DNA of 64,000 nt from Verrucomicrobiaceae bacterium. GTDB lineage: Bacteria; Verrucomicrobiota; Verrucomicrobiia; Verrucomicrobiales; V1-33. A program made the position numbers and the translations under genes. The notes beneath the pieces were generated by a model that saw only the letters and a list, made by a program, of their open reading frames with translations, did not search any database and was not told where the DNA came from. This document shows positions 36,116-48,327 of the stretch, piece after piece; position 1 is the first letter of the stretch, and every line of letters starts with the position of its first letter. The stretch covers positions 225 through 64,224 of the forward strand of contig JAIXVE010000229.1 of the NCBI GenBank assembly GCA_027483175.1, in the 5' to 3' direction.

Positions 36116-37243
36116 ATGAGACGACACCGTTCACTTGTTCTCACCTGCATGGTTCTGTCAGCTGGGTTTGCGGCCTGGCCATGGCCGAGTGTTGAGGCGA
36201 TTCCGGTGACGGTTTCGGAACGCGTGGCCGCCCGGGGCAACAAGCCCCGGGCGGCTATGCCGAGTCAGGCGGATCCGGGCAATGCTCCGATCGAGCGTGA
36301 GTCGAGGCAGCAGGCGTTGGGAGAACTGAAGGAGCGCTGGCGGATTCTGATGGCGAATCCGGGCGCGTGGGTGCGCCCGATGAAGGAGCAGGGTAAGCTG
36401 GTGATTGAATCCGTGGAGCGGTTGCTGCCGAGTCGTGAACTGGTGGAGCTAATGAAGGCCATTGAGGTCAACGCAGCTGAAATGGGTCGGATTGGGGTTG
36501 GCTCCTCCTTCGAGTACGAAGTGAAGCTTCTGTTGCGGTCTGAGCGGGCGGAGGAGGCGCTGCGGGCGCTGGTTGCGTCGAACGACTCAGAGTACCGGAA
36601 CAGTGGGCACTATCAGATTTGGATGGAGTTTGCGTCGAAGGGCTGCACGGCGGAGCAGGCGGCTTGGATGACGGAGGCGGCGGGGGATCCGTTCAGTGCG
36701 CGGATTCTTGCGACAGGACAGCTCTGCCAGTTGAGTCGGGTGGATTCGGCGGCGGCAGTGAAGAGCCTGTTTGAGCGTTTTGATGGGAAGGAAGTGGCGT
36801 GGGAGTTTGGGAACATGCTGGATTCGTTCTCGCTTGGGGAGGATTCGGACCCGAAGGAGCTGGAGAAGCTGATCCCGGTGTCGAAGACGAAGGATGATCT
36901 GGCGTCGGAGATGCGGGAGAAGCTGGTGTTTTCGTGGGGGATTGATGATCCTGAGGGAGCGACGCAGTTTGTGCTGGGCAACCAGGAACGGTTTGATCCG
37001 GGGGTGATGCGGAGTCTGGCTTCGGGCGTGTCGGCGAAGGGAGCGAAGGCGACGGTGGAGTGGGTGCAGGACCTGCCGCCGGGGCGGTATTTTGATGCGG
37101 CGATGGATCTGGTGATTTCGATGATTGGGGATAGGTATCCGGAGGAGGCGAGGGAGTTGGTGAATCAGATTACGGATCCTGCGCTGAGAAAGGCGTGTTT
37201 CAGCCGGGTGGACAACATGCAGAGCGAAAGTGAAAGTCGTTAG
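36116..37243 (+). CDS. Secreted/anchored alpha-helical repeat hypothetical protein
   Basis: N-terminal hydrophobic segment; W..DPEGA, EWVQDLPPG, PEEARELVNQITDP motifs typical of verrucomicrobial helical proteins. Confidence 0.75.
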   Translation: MRRHRSLVLTCMVLSAGFAAWPWPSVEAIPVTVSERVAARGNKPRAAMPSQADPGNAPIERESRQQALGELKERWRILMANPGAWVRPMKEQGKLVIESVERLLPSRELVELMKAIEVNAAEMGRIGVGSSFEYEVKLLLRSERAEEALRALVASNDSEYRNSGHYQIWMEFASKGCTAEQAAWMTEAAGDPFSARILATGQLCQLSRVDSAAAVKSLFERFDGKEVAWEFGNMLDSFSLGEDSDPKELEKLIPVSKTKDDLASEMREKLVFSWGIDDPEGATQFVLGNQERFDPGVMRSLASGVSAKGAKATVEWVQDLPPGRYFDAAMDLVISMIGDRYPEEARELVNQITDPALRKACFSRVDNMQSESESR

Positions 37244-37260
37244 CCGAGGAGGATGGAGCG

Positions 37261-39852
37261 ATGAGTGAGCGCATGAAACTGGTGACGACGGCGGTGCATT
37301 ATCCGTTGAGTGGGGCGGTTGGGGTGGAGGGGATGGAGTGGGTGGATCGGGCGGTGGTGACGGTGCCTGATGATCCTGCGGGGGTGGCTGGGGTGAGGCT
37401 GGAGGGGTTGTTCAATGCGGCGTGGTCGAAGTACTGGATGTTGCGGGAGGCGTTGGGAGGCGAGGAGGGGGTGAGGGTTGTGGTGCATGATGCGGACATG
37501 GTGTTGAGTGAAGTGTTGCTGGCTCGGGTGAGGCGGGCGGTGGAGGTTTGCGGGGATCGGGCGGTGCTGCTGGGGTTGGCGGGGCGGCGGGTATGTCGGG
37601 AGGTGCCGGTGCGTGGGTTGGTGCCGCGGTGGTATCTGGAGCGGCACGAGGGGGTGATTGGGTATTTTCAGGTGGATGGAGGGGCGCGATTGGGGATGTG
37701 GGAGGGTGGGGGTGTCTGGGGGGAAGCGCATGAGGACTGGGTGTTTGCGATGGGGTATGGGGAGGGGAACTGTGTGGCGCTGCCGTTTGCGAGTCATCAT
37801 GTGGGCGGGGTGAGTCGGCACTGGAGCGGGTATGAAGGACGACTGGAGACGGGAGGCGGCGGGGATGTTGTGAGGGGGGTGAGGGCTGGTGAGTGGTTTG
37901 GTGAGGCGTTGCGTGGGCGGGTGGTGGTGGTGCTGGGGGTGTATGGGCCGGATGATGCGGTGGGATTGGCTGGGGTGGTGGGGGAGGGAGGGGAGGTGCT
38001 GGTGGTGGATTCGTGGGAACTGGATCAGGGGGAGGTGGCGCGGGTGGAGGATTTGCCGGAGTGGTTGTGTGGGATTGCGGGGTGGCGAGCGGGGGCGTGG
38101 CGGCGGTGTCGGGAGGCGAGGTGGCGTGGAGAGGAGATGCCGCCGTTGGGAGAGAGTGTGGTGCCGTTGTTTCTGGAGTTGATTGCGGCGGATCGGCGAC
38201 TGACGCGGGAGCGGTTTGAGGAAGGGGTGCGGGGCGTGGCGGGGGGAGTGGTGCGGATTCTGGGGGAAGGCGGGATTGATCCGCTGGCGGATGGGGCGGT
38301 TAGGGAGGGAGTGGATGGGTTGTGGTTGGGGGGAGAGATCGGTTATGGGGTGGTGATGCGGGAAGTGCCGCGGTGGCGGAGGAGGATGCGGGGTTGTGAG
38401 GGGGTCATTTGCGGGGCGTTTTATGATGTGGTGAACTGGCCGGAGAGTGCGGCGGCGGTGGGGATGCTGCTGGGGACGCCGGAGGTGGTGGCGGAGGACG
38501 GGCAGTGGCTGAAGCGGAGCCCGGCGGTGTCGGGCGGTGGTGGCGGGTATCCGCGCGGGTTGCCGTTGCACGATGCGGAGTTGGAGGGTGTGGCCGGGGG
38601 TGCGGGCGTGGTGTTTTGTCAGGAGAGTCGGGCGGGGGACGTGCTGGAGGGTTTGATGGTGTCGCTGCATTCGCTGCGGGAGCATTGGGCTGGGGAGGTG
38701 GTGGTTTTGTACAGCGGGGTGGAGTCGCCGGCGGTGCGGGTGGCGTGTGCGCGTTATGGGGCTTGGTATCGGGAGGTTCCGGGGCCTGATGAGGAGGGTG
38801 AGGCGGATGAGGGTGAAGAGGAAAGTGTGAGGGTGGATGTGGAGGCGATGGTGCGGGAGTGGAGCCCGTTTGTGAGGACCTTATGGATTGAGGCTGGGGT
38901 GATTGGGCATGGGAAGCAGATTGGGAAGTGGGCGCGGCGGGCGGGTGATGGGAGGAAGGTGGTGAGGGAGGGGGTTAGAGAATTGGAGGTGCTGAGGTTG
39001 CGGCGGGGGATGGAGGGGAGGAGTGCGGGTGAGCGGGTGCGGTTGGAGGGGGAGGTGATGAGGGCGTGGGCGGTGACGGTGCGGGTGCGGTGGGATGCGG
39101 CGGTGGTGACGGGGCTTTTGCGTGATGATCTGGCTGGGTTTGGGAGGAACTGGATGGCGACGAGTTGGCGGTATGCGGCGGTGAGGATGGAGGAGGAGTG
39201 GAGGATTCGGGTGCCGGTGCCGGTGTATGTTGGGTTGTGCGAGGTTGGGGCGGAGGAAGTGGGCGCAGCGTTGCCGGCGGGACCGGAAGGGAGTTGTGCG
39301 GTGGTGAGATTGATGCCGGTGGCGGGGTGGCCTGGGCCGGAGGCGGGGGAGCCGTATTGGACGGCGGCGTTGGGGGCGGCGGCGGTTCGGGCGGAGACTG
39401 AGTGGCTGATTTATGTGGATCCGATGATGCATCCGTCGAGTGGGGCGGAGTTGTTTCTGGGGCATCGGATGCGAGGTGGTGAGGAGACGGATGTTTATGC
39501 GCCCGGGTGGGCGTTCCGGAGGATCGGGGAGGAGGAGAGCGGGTGGATTGGGCGGGTGTTCGGGGGGGATGGGTTGGAGGGAGGGGAGGTGAGGGTGCCG
39601 GAAGAGTTGGGATTGGGGAGGCTGATGCGGCATGTGAGGTTAGGGCCGCCGGCGACGATGGTGAGGCGTGAGGTGATGAAGGACGCGCTGGCGGAGTGGC
39701 TGGCGATGGGTGGTGACATGCCGTTTGAGGTGTTTCTGAGCTTGAGACTGTGGCGGGAGGCGGTGCGGCGAGGGGGGAGTGTGGGGACGACGCGGGTGAC
39801 GGGAGCTGGGGTGGAGGTGTGCCGGCCGGTGGAGTGGGGGTGGCGTCTGTGA
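37261..39852 (+). CDS. Divergent multidomain protein with glycosyltransferase-like and methyltransferase-like segments
   Basis: VVVHDADMVL (DxD), VVVLGVYG...VLVVDSW (SAM MTase-like), MVSLHSLREHW...SPFVRTLWIEA (GT-A-like), WLIYVDP. Confidence 0.55.
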   Translation: MSERMKLVTTAVHYPLSGAVGVEGMEWVDRAVVTVPDDPAGVAGVRLEGLFNAAWSKYWMLREALGGEEGVRVVVHDADMVLSEVLLARVRRAVEVCGDRAVLLGLAGRRVCREVPVRGLVPRWYLERHEGVIGYFQVDGGARLGMWEGGGVWGEAHEDWVFAMGYGEGNCVALPFASHHVGGVSRHWSGYEGRLETGGGGDVVRGVRAGEWFGEALRGRVVVVLGVYGPDDAVGLAGVVGEGGEVLVVDSWELDQGEVARVEDLPEWLCGIAGWRAGAWRRCREARWRGEEMPPLGESVVPLFLELIAADRRLTRERFEEGVRGVAGGVVRILGEGGIDPLADGAVREGVDGLWLGGEIGYGVVMREVPRWRRRMRGCEGVICGAFYDVVNWPESAAAVGMLLGTPEVVAEDGQWLKRSPAVSGGGGGYPRGLPLHDAELEGVAGGAGVVFCQESRAGDVLEGLMVSLHSLREHWAGEVVVLYSGVESPAVRVACARYGAWYREVPGPDEEGEADEGEEESVRVDVEAMVREWSPFVRTLWIEAGVIGHGKQIGKWARRAGDGRKVVREGVRELEVLRLRRGMEGRSAGERVRLEGEVMRAWAVTVRVRWDAAVVTGLLRDDLAGFGRNWMATSWRYAAVRMEEEWRIRVPVPVYVGLCEVGAEEVGAALPAGPEGSCAVVRLMPVAGWPGPEAGEPYWTAALGAAAVRAETEWLIYVDPMMHPSSGAELFLGHRMRGGEETDVYAPGWAFRRIGEEESGWIGRVFGGDGLEGGEVRVPEELGLGRLMRHVRLGPPATMVRREVMKDALAEWLAMGGDMPFEVFLSLRLWREAVRRGGSVGTTRVTGAGVEVCRPVEWGWRL

Positions 39853-39869
39853 GGAAGTCAGGGGGCTTT

Positions 39870-40541
39870 ATGATACCGAGACGGATTCTGCGATGTTATC
39901 GGTCGGCGTATCTGATGACGCCGGCGATGGTGGAGAACGGGCGGCGGCTGGAGGCGATGCATCCTGAGTGGGAGCATCGGTTCTGGAATCATGTGGAGGC
40001 GCGGCGGTGGGTGGCGGAGATGATGCCGGAGTGGCTGGAGTGTTATGATTTTTATCCGCTGGACCGGCAGCGGGAGCGGTTGTTCCGGTGGCTGGTGCTT
40101 TGGAAGTTAGGAGGCGTGTGGCTGAGTGCGGAGATGCGTCCGCTGGAGCGGTTTGAGGGGATGGGGGATGGCGGGTTGGTGCTGGCGGTGGAGGGGCGGA
40201 TGACGGTGGAGGAGTTTGAGGCGCGGCAGCGCGTGCGGTGGGTGGCGGGGATGCCTGCGGGGGCGCTGGATTGGATAGGAGATGTGGCGGTGGCGGCGGT
40301 GCCGGGGCACTGGTTTACGGAGCGGGTGCTGGGGCTGATGGTGGAGCGGGCGGGGATGCTGGACACAGGTGGGGCGCCTGATCCGGAGGATGAGGCGTGG
40401 GTGACGGGGAGCGGCGTGGTGAATGCGGCGTGGCTGGCGTGCCTGCGGGAGGGATTGCCGGTGGGGGAGGCGGTGCTGGTTGGGGAGGGCGAGGGGAGGT
40501 TCGGGCGGTTTGCGTGGCGGTATGGGGAGCTGAACGGGTGA
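39870..40541 (+). CDS. OCH1/GT32-like glycosyltransferase with degenerate DXD
   Basis: MIPRRI...HPEWEHRFW...QRERLFRWLVLWKLGGVWLSAE...AAVPGHWF...VTGSG. Confidence 0.7.
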   Translation: MIPRRILRCYRSAYLMTPAMVENGRRLEAMHPEWEHRFWNHVEARRWVAEMMPEWLECYDFYPLDRQRERLFRWLVLWKLGGVWLSAEMRPLERFEGMGDGGLVLAVEGRMTVEEFEARQRVRWVAGMPAGALDWIGDVAVAAVPGHWFTERVLGLMVERAGMLDTGGAPDPEDEAWVTGSGVVNAAWLACLREGLPVGEAVLVGEGEGRFGRFAWRYGELNG

Positions 40542-40546
40542 TGATA

Positions 40547-40802
40547 GGGACGCAATCCCGTTGGGATTGGGGTCTTGTTGGGGCGGCGGACCCAGGGTAG
40601 GCCTTCGTGCCTCAGGCCAACCCTGGGCTGGGGGACGCAATCCCGTTGGGATTGGGCGGGCTGGTACGGAGGACAAGGGCGGGGCGGCCTTGATTCGGGG
40701 GCTTGCGGGGTGAGGTCACAGGCAGGATGCCCGTGCCCCAGGGTAGGCCTTCGTTCCTCAGGCCAACCCTGGGCTGGGGGACGCAATCCCGTTGGGATTG
40801 GG
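40547..40802. repeat. REP/REPIN-like cluster
   Basis: Three copies of GGGACGCAATCCCGTTGGGATTGGG; a 66-bp unit at 40591-40656 and 40737-40802 (1 mismatch) with a CCCAGGGT...ACCCTGGG hairpin. Confidence 0.9.
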
Positions 40803-40875
40803 GGATGCCTCTGTCAGGGTGATTGCTAGTGGGGTGGCGTGGGTGGCAGGGGTTTCGCAAGCAAGGGGATGGGGC

Positions 40876-40920
40876 AAAAAGGAACCGCCCGGCCTGAGGG
40901 GGTCAGGCGCGGGCGGTGCC
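40876..40920 (-). terminator. Rho-independent terminator of sucA
   Basis: GC hairpin ACCGCCCG..CCTGA-GGGGG-TCAGG..CGGGCGGT with a T5 tail on the minus strand. Confidence 0.75.
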
Positions 40921-40944
40921 GGGGAGTTGTGAGGGTGTTGGGGG

Positions 40945-43734
<2,790 letters not shown>

Positions 43735-43892
43735 GAAAGGACGCGGGGGGAACTAGTCGGGTATCAAGCCAATACGGCAGTGACTGCGGAGCAGGTGCCC
43801 GCAGAGTTGGAACGTGCGAGCATCGTGCCCGGGGGCGAGCGGAACGCCAGCGGAGTTTTTCGGGACGTTTGGGGAGGGGATCATGGGTTTTT

Positions 43893-44654
43893 TCAGAAGG
43901 GGAAGGAGGTTTCGAGGGTGACCGGGCAGTGGTCGCTGCCGGTGATGTCCTGTCTGATGGTGCAGGAGAGGAGGGAATTGGCGAGTTGGGGGCTGGCGAG
44001 CCAGTAGTCGAGACGCCAGCCGATGTTTCTGGCGCGGGCACCGGCGCGGTAGCTCCACCATGAGTACTGATGGGGGCGCGGGTCGAAGTGTCTGAAGACG
44101 TCGATGAAGCCAGTGTTGAGGATCTGGTCGAAGCTGGCGCGTTCTTCGTCGGAGAAGCCGGGGCTGCGGCGGTTGGCGTCTGGGCGAGCGATGTCGATTT
44201 CCTTGTGGGCGACGTTGAGGTCGCCGGCGAAGAGGACGGGTTTGCGTTTTTCGAGGGATTGGATGTAGGCGAGGAAGGCGGCGTCCCACTGGAGGCGGTA
44301 GGGGAGGCGGGCGAGTTCGGCCTGGGAGTTGGGGGTGTAGACGGAGACGATGAAGCAGGAGGGGAATTCAGCGGTGACGACGCGGCCTTCGTTGTCGTGG
44401 GCGGGGATGCCGATGCCTCGCGTGATGGAGAGCGGCTGGGATTTGGAGAGGATGGCGGTGCCGCTGTAGCCTGGTTTGGCGGCAGGGTTCCATGCGAGGT
44501 GCCAGCCGGGGAGCCATGACCAGTCGAGCGAGGCGGGATTGACCTTGGTTTCCTGGAGGAGGACGACGTCCGGGGCTTCGGCGGTGATGAAGTCGGCGAA
44601 GCCCTTGTCCATGACGGAGCGGAGGCCGTTGACGTTCCATGTGATGCATTTCAT
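43893..44654 (-). CDS. xth: Exodeoxyribonuclease III / AP endonuclease
   Basis: TWNVNGLR, LQETK, GYSGT, GDLNVAH, GWRLDY, GSDHCP. Confidence 0.95.
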   Translation of the reverse strand: MKCITWNVNGLRSVMDKGFADFITAEAPDVVLLQETKVNPASLDWSWLPGWHLAWNPAAKPGYSGTAILSKSQPLSITRGIGIPAHDNEGRVVTAEFPSCFIVSVYTPNSQAELARLPYRLQWDAAFLAYIQSLEKRKPVLFAGDLNVAHKEIDIARPDANRRSPGFSDEERASFDQILNTGFIDVFRHFDPRPHQYSWWSYRAGARARNIGWRLDYWLASPQLANSLLSCTIRQDITGSDHCPVTLETSFPF

Positions 44655-44815
44655 GGGAGGGACGGGAGCGCGGAGGGGTTCGGTGGGAAAGGCCGAAATG
44701 GGGGATAGAGGGTGTTGGGGGGCTGATTTTTGGTTCAGCGGGTGGGACGGAAAACTGAGGGTTTCGGTGGGTGGAGAGCGGTTGACGAGGCTGGTGGGGG
44801 CCTGTGTGTGGGGGG

Positions 44816-45148
44816 ATGAGTGAGAAAGCGTGTCCGATGTGTGAGATGACCGACGTGGTTGGTCATGCTGAGCATTACGAGTGCATGACGTGCGGGCATG
44901 AGTGGCCGAAGGAGGAGGTGGTGGAGGGGCCGCGGGTGGTGAAGGATGCCTATGGGAACGTGCTGGCGGATGGGGACACGGTGGCGATGATCAAGGATTT
45001 GAAGCTGCAGGGGTCGTCGCAGGTGCTGAAGACGGGGACGAAGTCGAAGCCGATCCGGCTAGTGGAGGGGGATCATGAGATTTCCTGCCGGATGGATGGG
45101 ATCGCGATCGGGTTGAAGGCGTGTTTTGTGAAGAAGGTGAGTGTTTAG
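44816..45148 (+). CDS. PhnA/YjdM zinc-ribbon protein
   Basis: CPMC...CMTCGHEW, KDAYGNVLADGD, IKDLK, LKACFVKK. Confidence 0.9.
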   Translation: MSEKACPMCEMTDVVGHAEHYECMTCGHEWPKEEVVEGPRVVKDAYGNVLADGDTVAMIKDLKLQGSSQVLKTGTKSKPIRLVEGDHEISCRMDGIAIGLKACFVKKVSV

Positions 45149-45151
45149 GGT

Positions 45152-45649
45152 TCAAGAATTGAGACGCCAGAGGGTTAGGTTGAGGAAGGCGGCGAAGGAG
45201 ACCCAGAGGAGGTAGGGGACGAGGAGGGCGGCGGCGGTTCTGGAGACGGGGAGGAAAGCGGCGATGGTGGCGGCGATGGCGAGCCAGAGGAGGGTCATTT
45301 CTGCGAGGGCGGGGCCCATGAGGTGGGCACCGAAGAAGAGAGGGGTCCAGAGGGCGTTGAGGGCGAGCTGGAGGAGGAAGAGGGTGAGGGGGCGTTTCTG
45401 GGCGGACCAGCCGCCGCGTTTCCAGACGAGCCATGCGGCGATGCCCATGAGGGTGTAGAGAGTGGACCAGACGGGGCCGAAGAGGAAGCCGGGCGGGTTC
45501 CATGAGGGTTTATTGAGGGCGAAGTACCATGAGCCGGGCATGAACCATGCGCCGGGGAGGGCGGCGGAGAAGCTGAGGAGGATCCAGCCGATGAGGGCGG
45601 CGGCGGCGGGGAAGCCGGATCGGAGGGCTGGGGGGGTGTCGGAGGGCAT
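45152..45649 (-). CDS. tspO: TspO/MBR family protein
   Basis: WYFALNKPSWNPP..FGPVWSTLY, LNALWTPLFFG, PYLLWVSFA..LN. Confidence 0.93.
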   Translation of the reverse strand: MPSDTPPALRSGFPAAAALIGWILLSFSAALPGAWFMPGSWYFALNKPSWNPPGFLFGPVWSTLYTLMGIAAWLVWKRGGWSAQKRPLTLFLLQLALNALWTPLFFGAHLMGPALAEMTLLWLAIAATIAAFLPVSRTAAALLVPYLLWVSFAAFLNLTLWRLNS

Positions 45650-45699
45650 GTCTTGGGGTACGTGCCTCCGGCGGGGTGGAGCGGGGATTCGCTGAGGGG

Positions 45700-46458
45700 T
45701 CAGCTGATGAGGAGGAGACGTGGAGGCTGGCCGGGGATGGTGGGAGGGGCGCGATGGACGCAGGGGGGGACGGGACTGCCGTCGTAGAGGCAGGCGATTT
45801 TCCAGAGGTGACCGACACCGAAGGACCATGGGCGTGCGCCTGGGAGCGGTTGGTAGTGGAGGTCGAAGAAGTGTTCGTTGAGGAAGTCGAGGAAGCCGTC
45901 ATCGTCCTTGCCGCCGTACATTCTGAGCAATTGGGCGCGGGTGGCGGGGTCATCGACGCGGCGCATGGCGTCGAAGTTCTGGAGTCCTTCGGAGGGAGCG
46001 CCGGAGTAGGTGCAGAGCCATGTATCGGCTTCGTCGGTGGCGCTGTCGACGTGCCATGACTGGACGTGGGTGGGGATGATGACGCCTTCGTCCGAGTGGT
46101 TGTAGCCGTTGACGCAGTCGAGGGTGGGCTCGAGGTGATGCTGGCGGAGGCGCTGGCGGTCGGCGGTGATGATGACGCGTGCGACGCGGCCTGCGGCGCT
46201 GAGGGGGAGGGCGTTGAGGGTGGCGTCGGAGATGGAATTGATGCCGGTGCCGGTGTCGAGCATCCTGACGATTTCGTGGTAGTCGCCGGGGAGTTCGCGG
46301 GGCCAGCAGAGGGCGTTGACGGAGCCTGAGAACGGGGTTTCGAGGAGTTCGTCGAAGCTGTCGACGAGGCCGATGCAGTCGTAGCTGGGGGGCAGGGTGA
46401 AGCGGTGAGGACCGGAGCTGGCAGCGCCGAGGGGATCGGATGAGGGCTCCATGGTCAT
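45700..46458 (-). CDS. Hypothetical protein, DUF1826-like
   Basis: SWHVD...WLCTYSGAPSEGL...HRAP pattern. Confidence 0.7.
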   Translation of the reverse strand: MTMEPSSDPLGAASSGPHRFTLPPSYDCIGLVDSFDELLETPFSGSVNALCWPRELPGDYHEIVRMLDTGTGINSISDATLNALPLSAAGRVARVIITADRQRLRQHHLEPTLDCVNGYNHSDEGVIIPTHVQSWHVDSATDEADTWLCTYSGAPSEGLQNFDAMRRVDDPATRAQLLRMYGGKDDDGFLDFLNEHFFDLHYQPLPGARPWSFGVGHLWKIACLYDGSPVPPCVHRAPPTIPGQPPRLLLIS

Positions 46459-46753
46459 GTGGGATGGTGCTGGGAACCTGGACGGTGGTGCCGCCGCTCA
46501 TGTTATCCTCACATGAGGTGCGGGAGGATGACGAGAGAAAATATTCCGCATTCGTGGCGTAACCAGAGCGGGGGTAGGGGGAGCCATGTGGGGGATGGGG
46601 GTGTGATCTGCTGCGTTCGGATTCGAGTGGGAGTGCTAGGGGATGTCCTTGTGAGGAGCGCGGGCGAATGGGATGGGAGGAGTGAACGTGTTCCCTTGCG
46701 GGGGTGAGGATGGGCGCTTGACCATGGGTGGTGGATCCGGTGGAATGGGGGGC

Positions 46754-47245
46754 ATGGAAGCGAATGTGATACCTGCGGCGACGAGGATTGGGCATGTGCA
46801 TTTGAAGGTGGCGGACCTTGAGCGTGCGCTGGGATTTTATCATGGGGTGCTGGGGTTTGAGGTGACGCAGCGGTATGGGAGGGGGGCGGTGTTTCTATCG
46901 GCTGGGGGGTATCATCATCACATAGGGTTGAACACGTGGGAGAGTGCTGGTGGGGGGCCGCCGCCGGCTGGCTGCACTGGGTTGTTTCACACGGCGATTC
47001 TGTATGCGGAGCGTGGGGAGCTGGGGCGGGCGGTGCGGCGTGTGCTGGAGGCTGGGATTGAGCTTGAGGGAGCGGCGGATCATGGGGTGAGCGAGGCGGT
47101 GTATCTGCGGGATCCTGACGGGAATGGGGTGGAGTTGTACTGGGACCGGCCGGAGGCGGAGTGGCCGAGGGGTGTGGATGGGGGCCTGGAGATGTTTACG
47201 CGGGCGCTTGACCTTGGGGCATTACTGGCGGCGGGTGTGGGGTGA
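46754..47245 (+). CDS. VOC family protein (CatE-like glyoxalase/dioxygenase)
   Basis: IGHVHLKVADL, GGYHHHIGLNTW, DHGVSEAVYLRDPDGNGVELY. Confidence 0.92.
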   Translation: MEANVIPAATRIGHVHLKVADLERALGFYHGVLGFEVTQRYGRGAVFLSAGGYHHHIGLNTWESAGGGPPPAGCTGLFHTAILYAERGELGRAVRRVLEAGIELEGAADHGVSEAVYLRDPDGNGVELYWDRPEAEWPRGVDGGLEMFTRALDLGALLAAGVG

Positions 47246-47290
47246 GCGGCGGCTGCGTGGGTAGCGGCTGAAACCAACGACGAACTGAAT

Positions 47291-48310
47291 ATGAATGCAC
47301 CTGTGAATGCTTTTGCGGCCTTTGAGAGAGGGGCGAGCCTGCGGCCTTACACGTATGATGCCGGGCCATTGGGGGTGGAGCAGGTGGAGATTGCGGTGAC
47401 GCACTGCGGGATCTGTCATTCTGACCTGTCGATGATTGACAATGAGTGGGGGATGTCGGGGTATCCGCTGGTGCCTGGGCATGAGGTGGTGGGGGTGGTG
47501 AGGGAGGCGGGGCCGCAGGTGAAGGGGTTGACGGTGGGGCAGCGGGTGGGGTTAGGGTGGTTTTCGGGGAGTTGCGGCCATTGCCGGTGGTGTCTGAGCG
47601 GGGATGCGCATTTGTGTGCGGGGACGGAGGCGACGATTGTGGCGCGGCATGGCGGGTTTGCGGACCGCGTGCGGGCGCACTGGTCGTGGGTGACGCCATT
47701 GCCTGAGGGGATGGACGGGTCGGTGGCGGGCCCGTTGTTCTGCGGGGGCGCGACGGTGTTCAATCCGCTGGTGGCATTCGGGGTGAAGCCGACGGACCGG
47801 GTGGGGGTGATCGGGATCGGGGGGTTAGGGCATCTGGCGCTGCAGTTTCTGAGCAAGTGGGGTTGTGAGGTGTATGCGTTCACGTCGAGTGAGGCGAAGC
47901 GGGCGGAGGCGATGAGATTCGGGGCGCGGCATGTGGTGGACTCGCGGGATTCGGGAGCGATGGCGAAGTTGAGGGGGTCGCTGGATTTCATCATATCGAC
48001 GGTGAATGTGCCGCTGGACTGGCCGGTGATCATTGATGCGCTGGCTCCGAAGGGTCGGCTGCACGTTGTGGGAGCGGTGCTGGAGCCGATTGCTGTGAGT
48101 GCGTTCGGGCTGATTGGCGGGCAGAAGTCGGTTTCGGGATCGCCGGTGGCGAGTTCTGGGGTGGTGGCGACGATGCTGGAGTTCTGTGTGCGGCATGGGA
48201 TTGAGCCGTTGGTGGAGAAGTTTCCGATGACGCGAGTGAACGAGGCGATCGGGCATCTGCGGGCTGGGCAGGCGCGGTACCGGGTGGTGCTGGAGAACGA
48301 CCTTGGCTGA
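47291..48310 (+). CDS. Zn-dependent NADPH aldehyde reductase / alcohol dehydrogenase (Ahr/YjgB-like)
   Basis: CGICHSD, GHEVVG, CGHCRWC...C, GIGGLG, ARYRVVL. Confidence 0.93.
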   Translation: MNAPVNAFAAFERGASLRPYTYDAGPLGVEQVEIAVTHCGICHSDLSMIDNEWGMSGYPLVPGHEVVGVVREAGPQVKGLTVGQRVGLGWFSGSCGHCRWCLSGDAHLCAGTEATIVARHGGFADRVRAHWSWVTPLPEGMDGSVAGPLFCGGATVFNPLVAFGVKPTDRVGVIGIGGLGHLALQFLSKWGCEVYAFTSSEAKRAEAMRFGARHVVDSRDSGAMAKLRGSLDFIISTVNVPLDWPVIIDALAPKGRLHVVGAVLEPIAVSAFGLIGGQKSVSGSPVASSGVVATMLEFCVRHGIEPLVEKFPMTRVNEAIGHLRAGQARYRVVLENDLG

Positions 48311-48327
48311 GAGTGGTGGGGCCCGGG

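Noticed and set aside
40547-40802. CRISPR-like appearance of three 25-bp palindromic repeats
   Set aside because: Spacing is irregular, the intervening DNA is itself repeated and palindromic, and no cas genes are present; REP-like instead.
46460-46750. Possible cobalamin riboswitch or ncRNA upstream of the DUF1826-like gene
   Set aside because: No B12-box or other recognisable motif; only a small CCTCACATGAGG hairpin.
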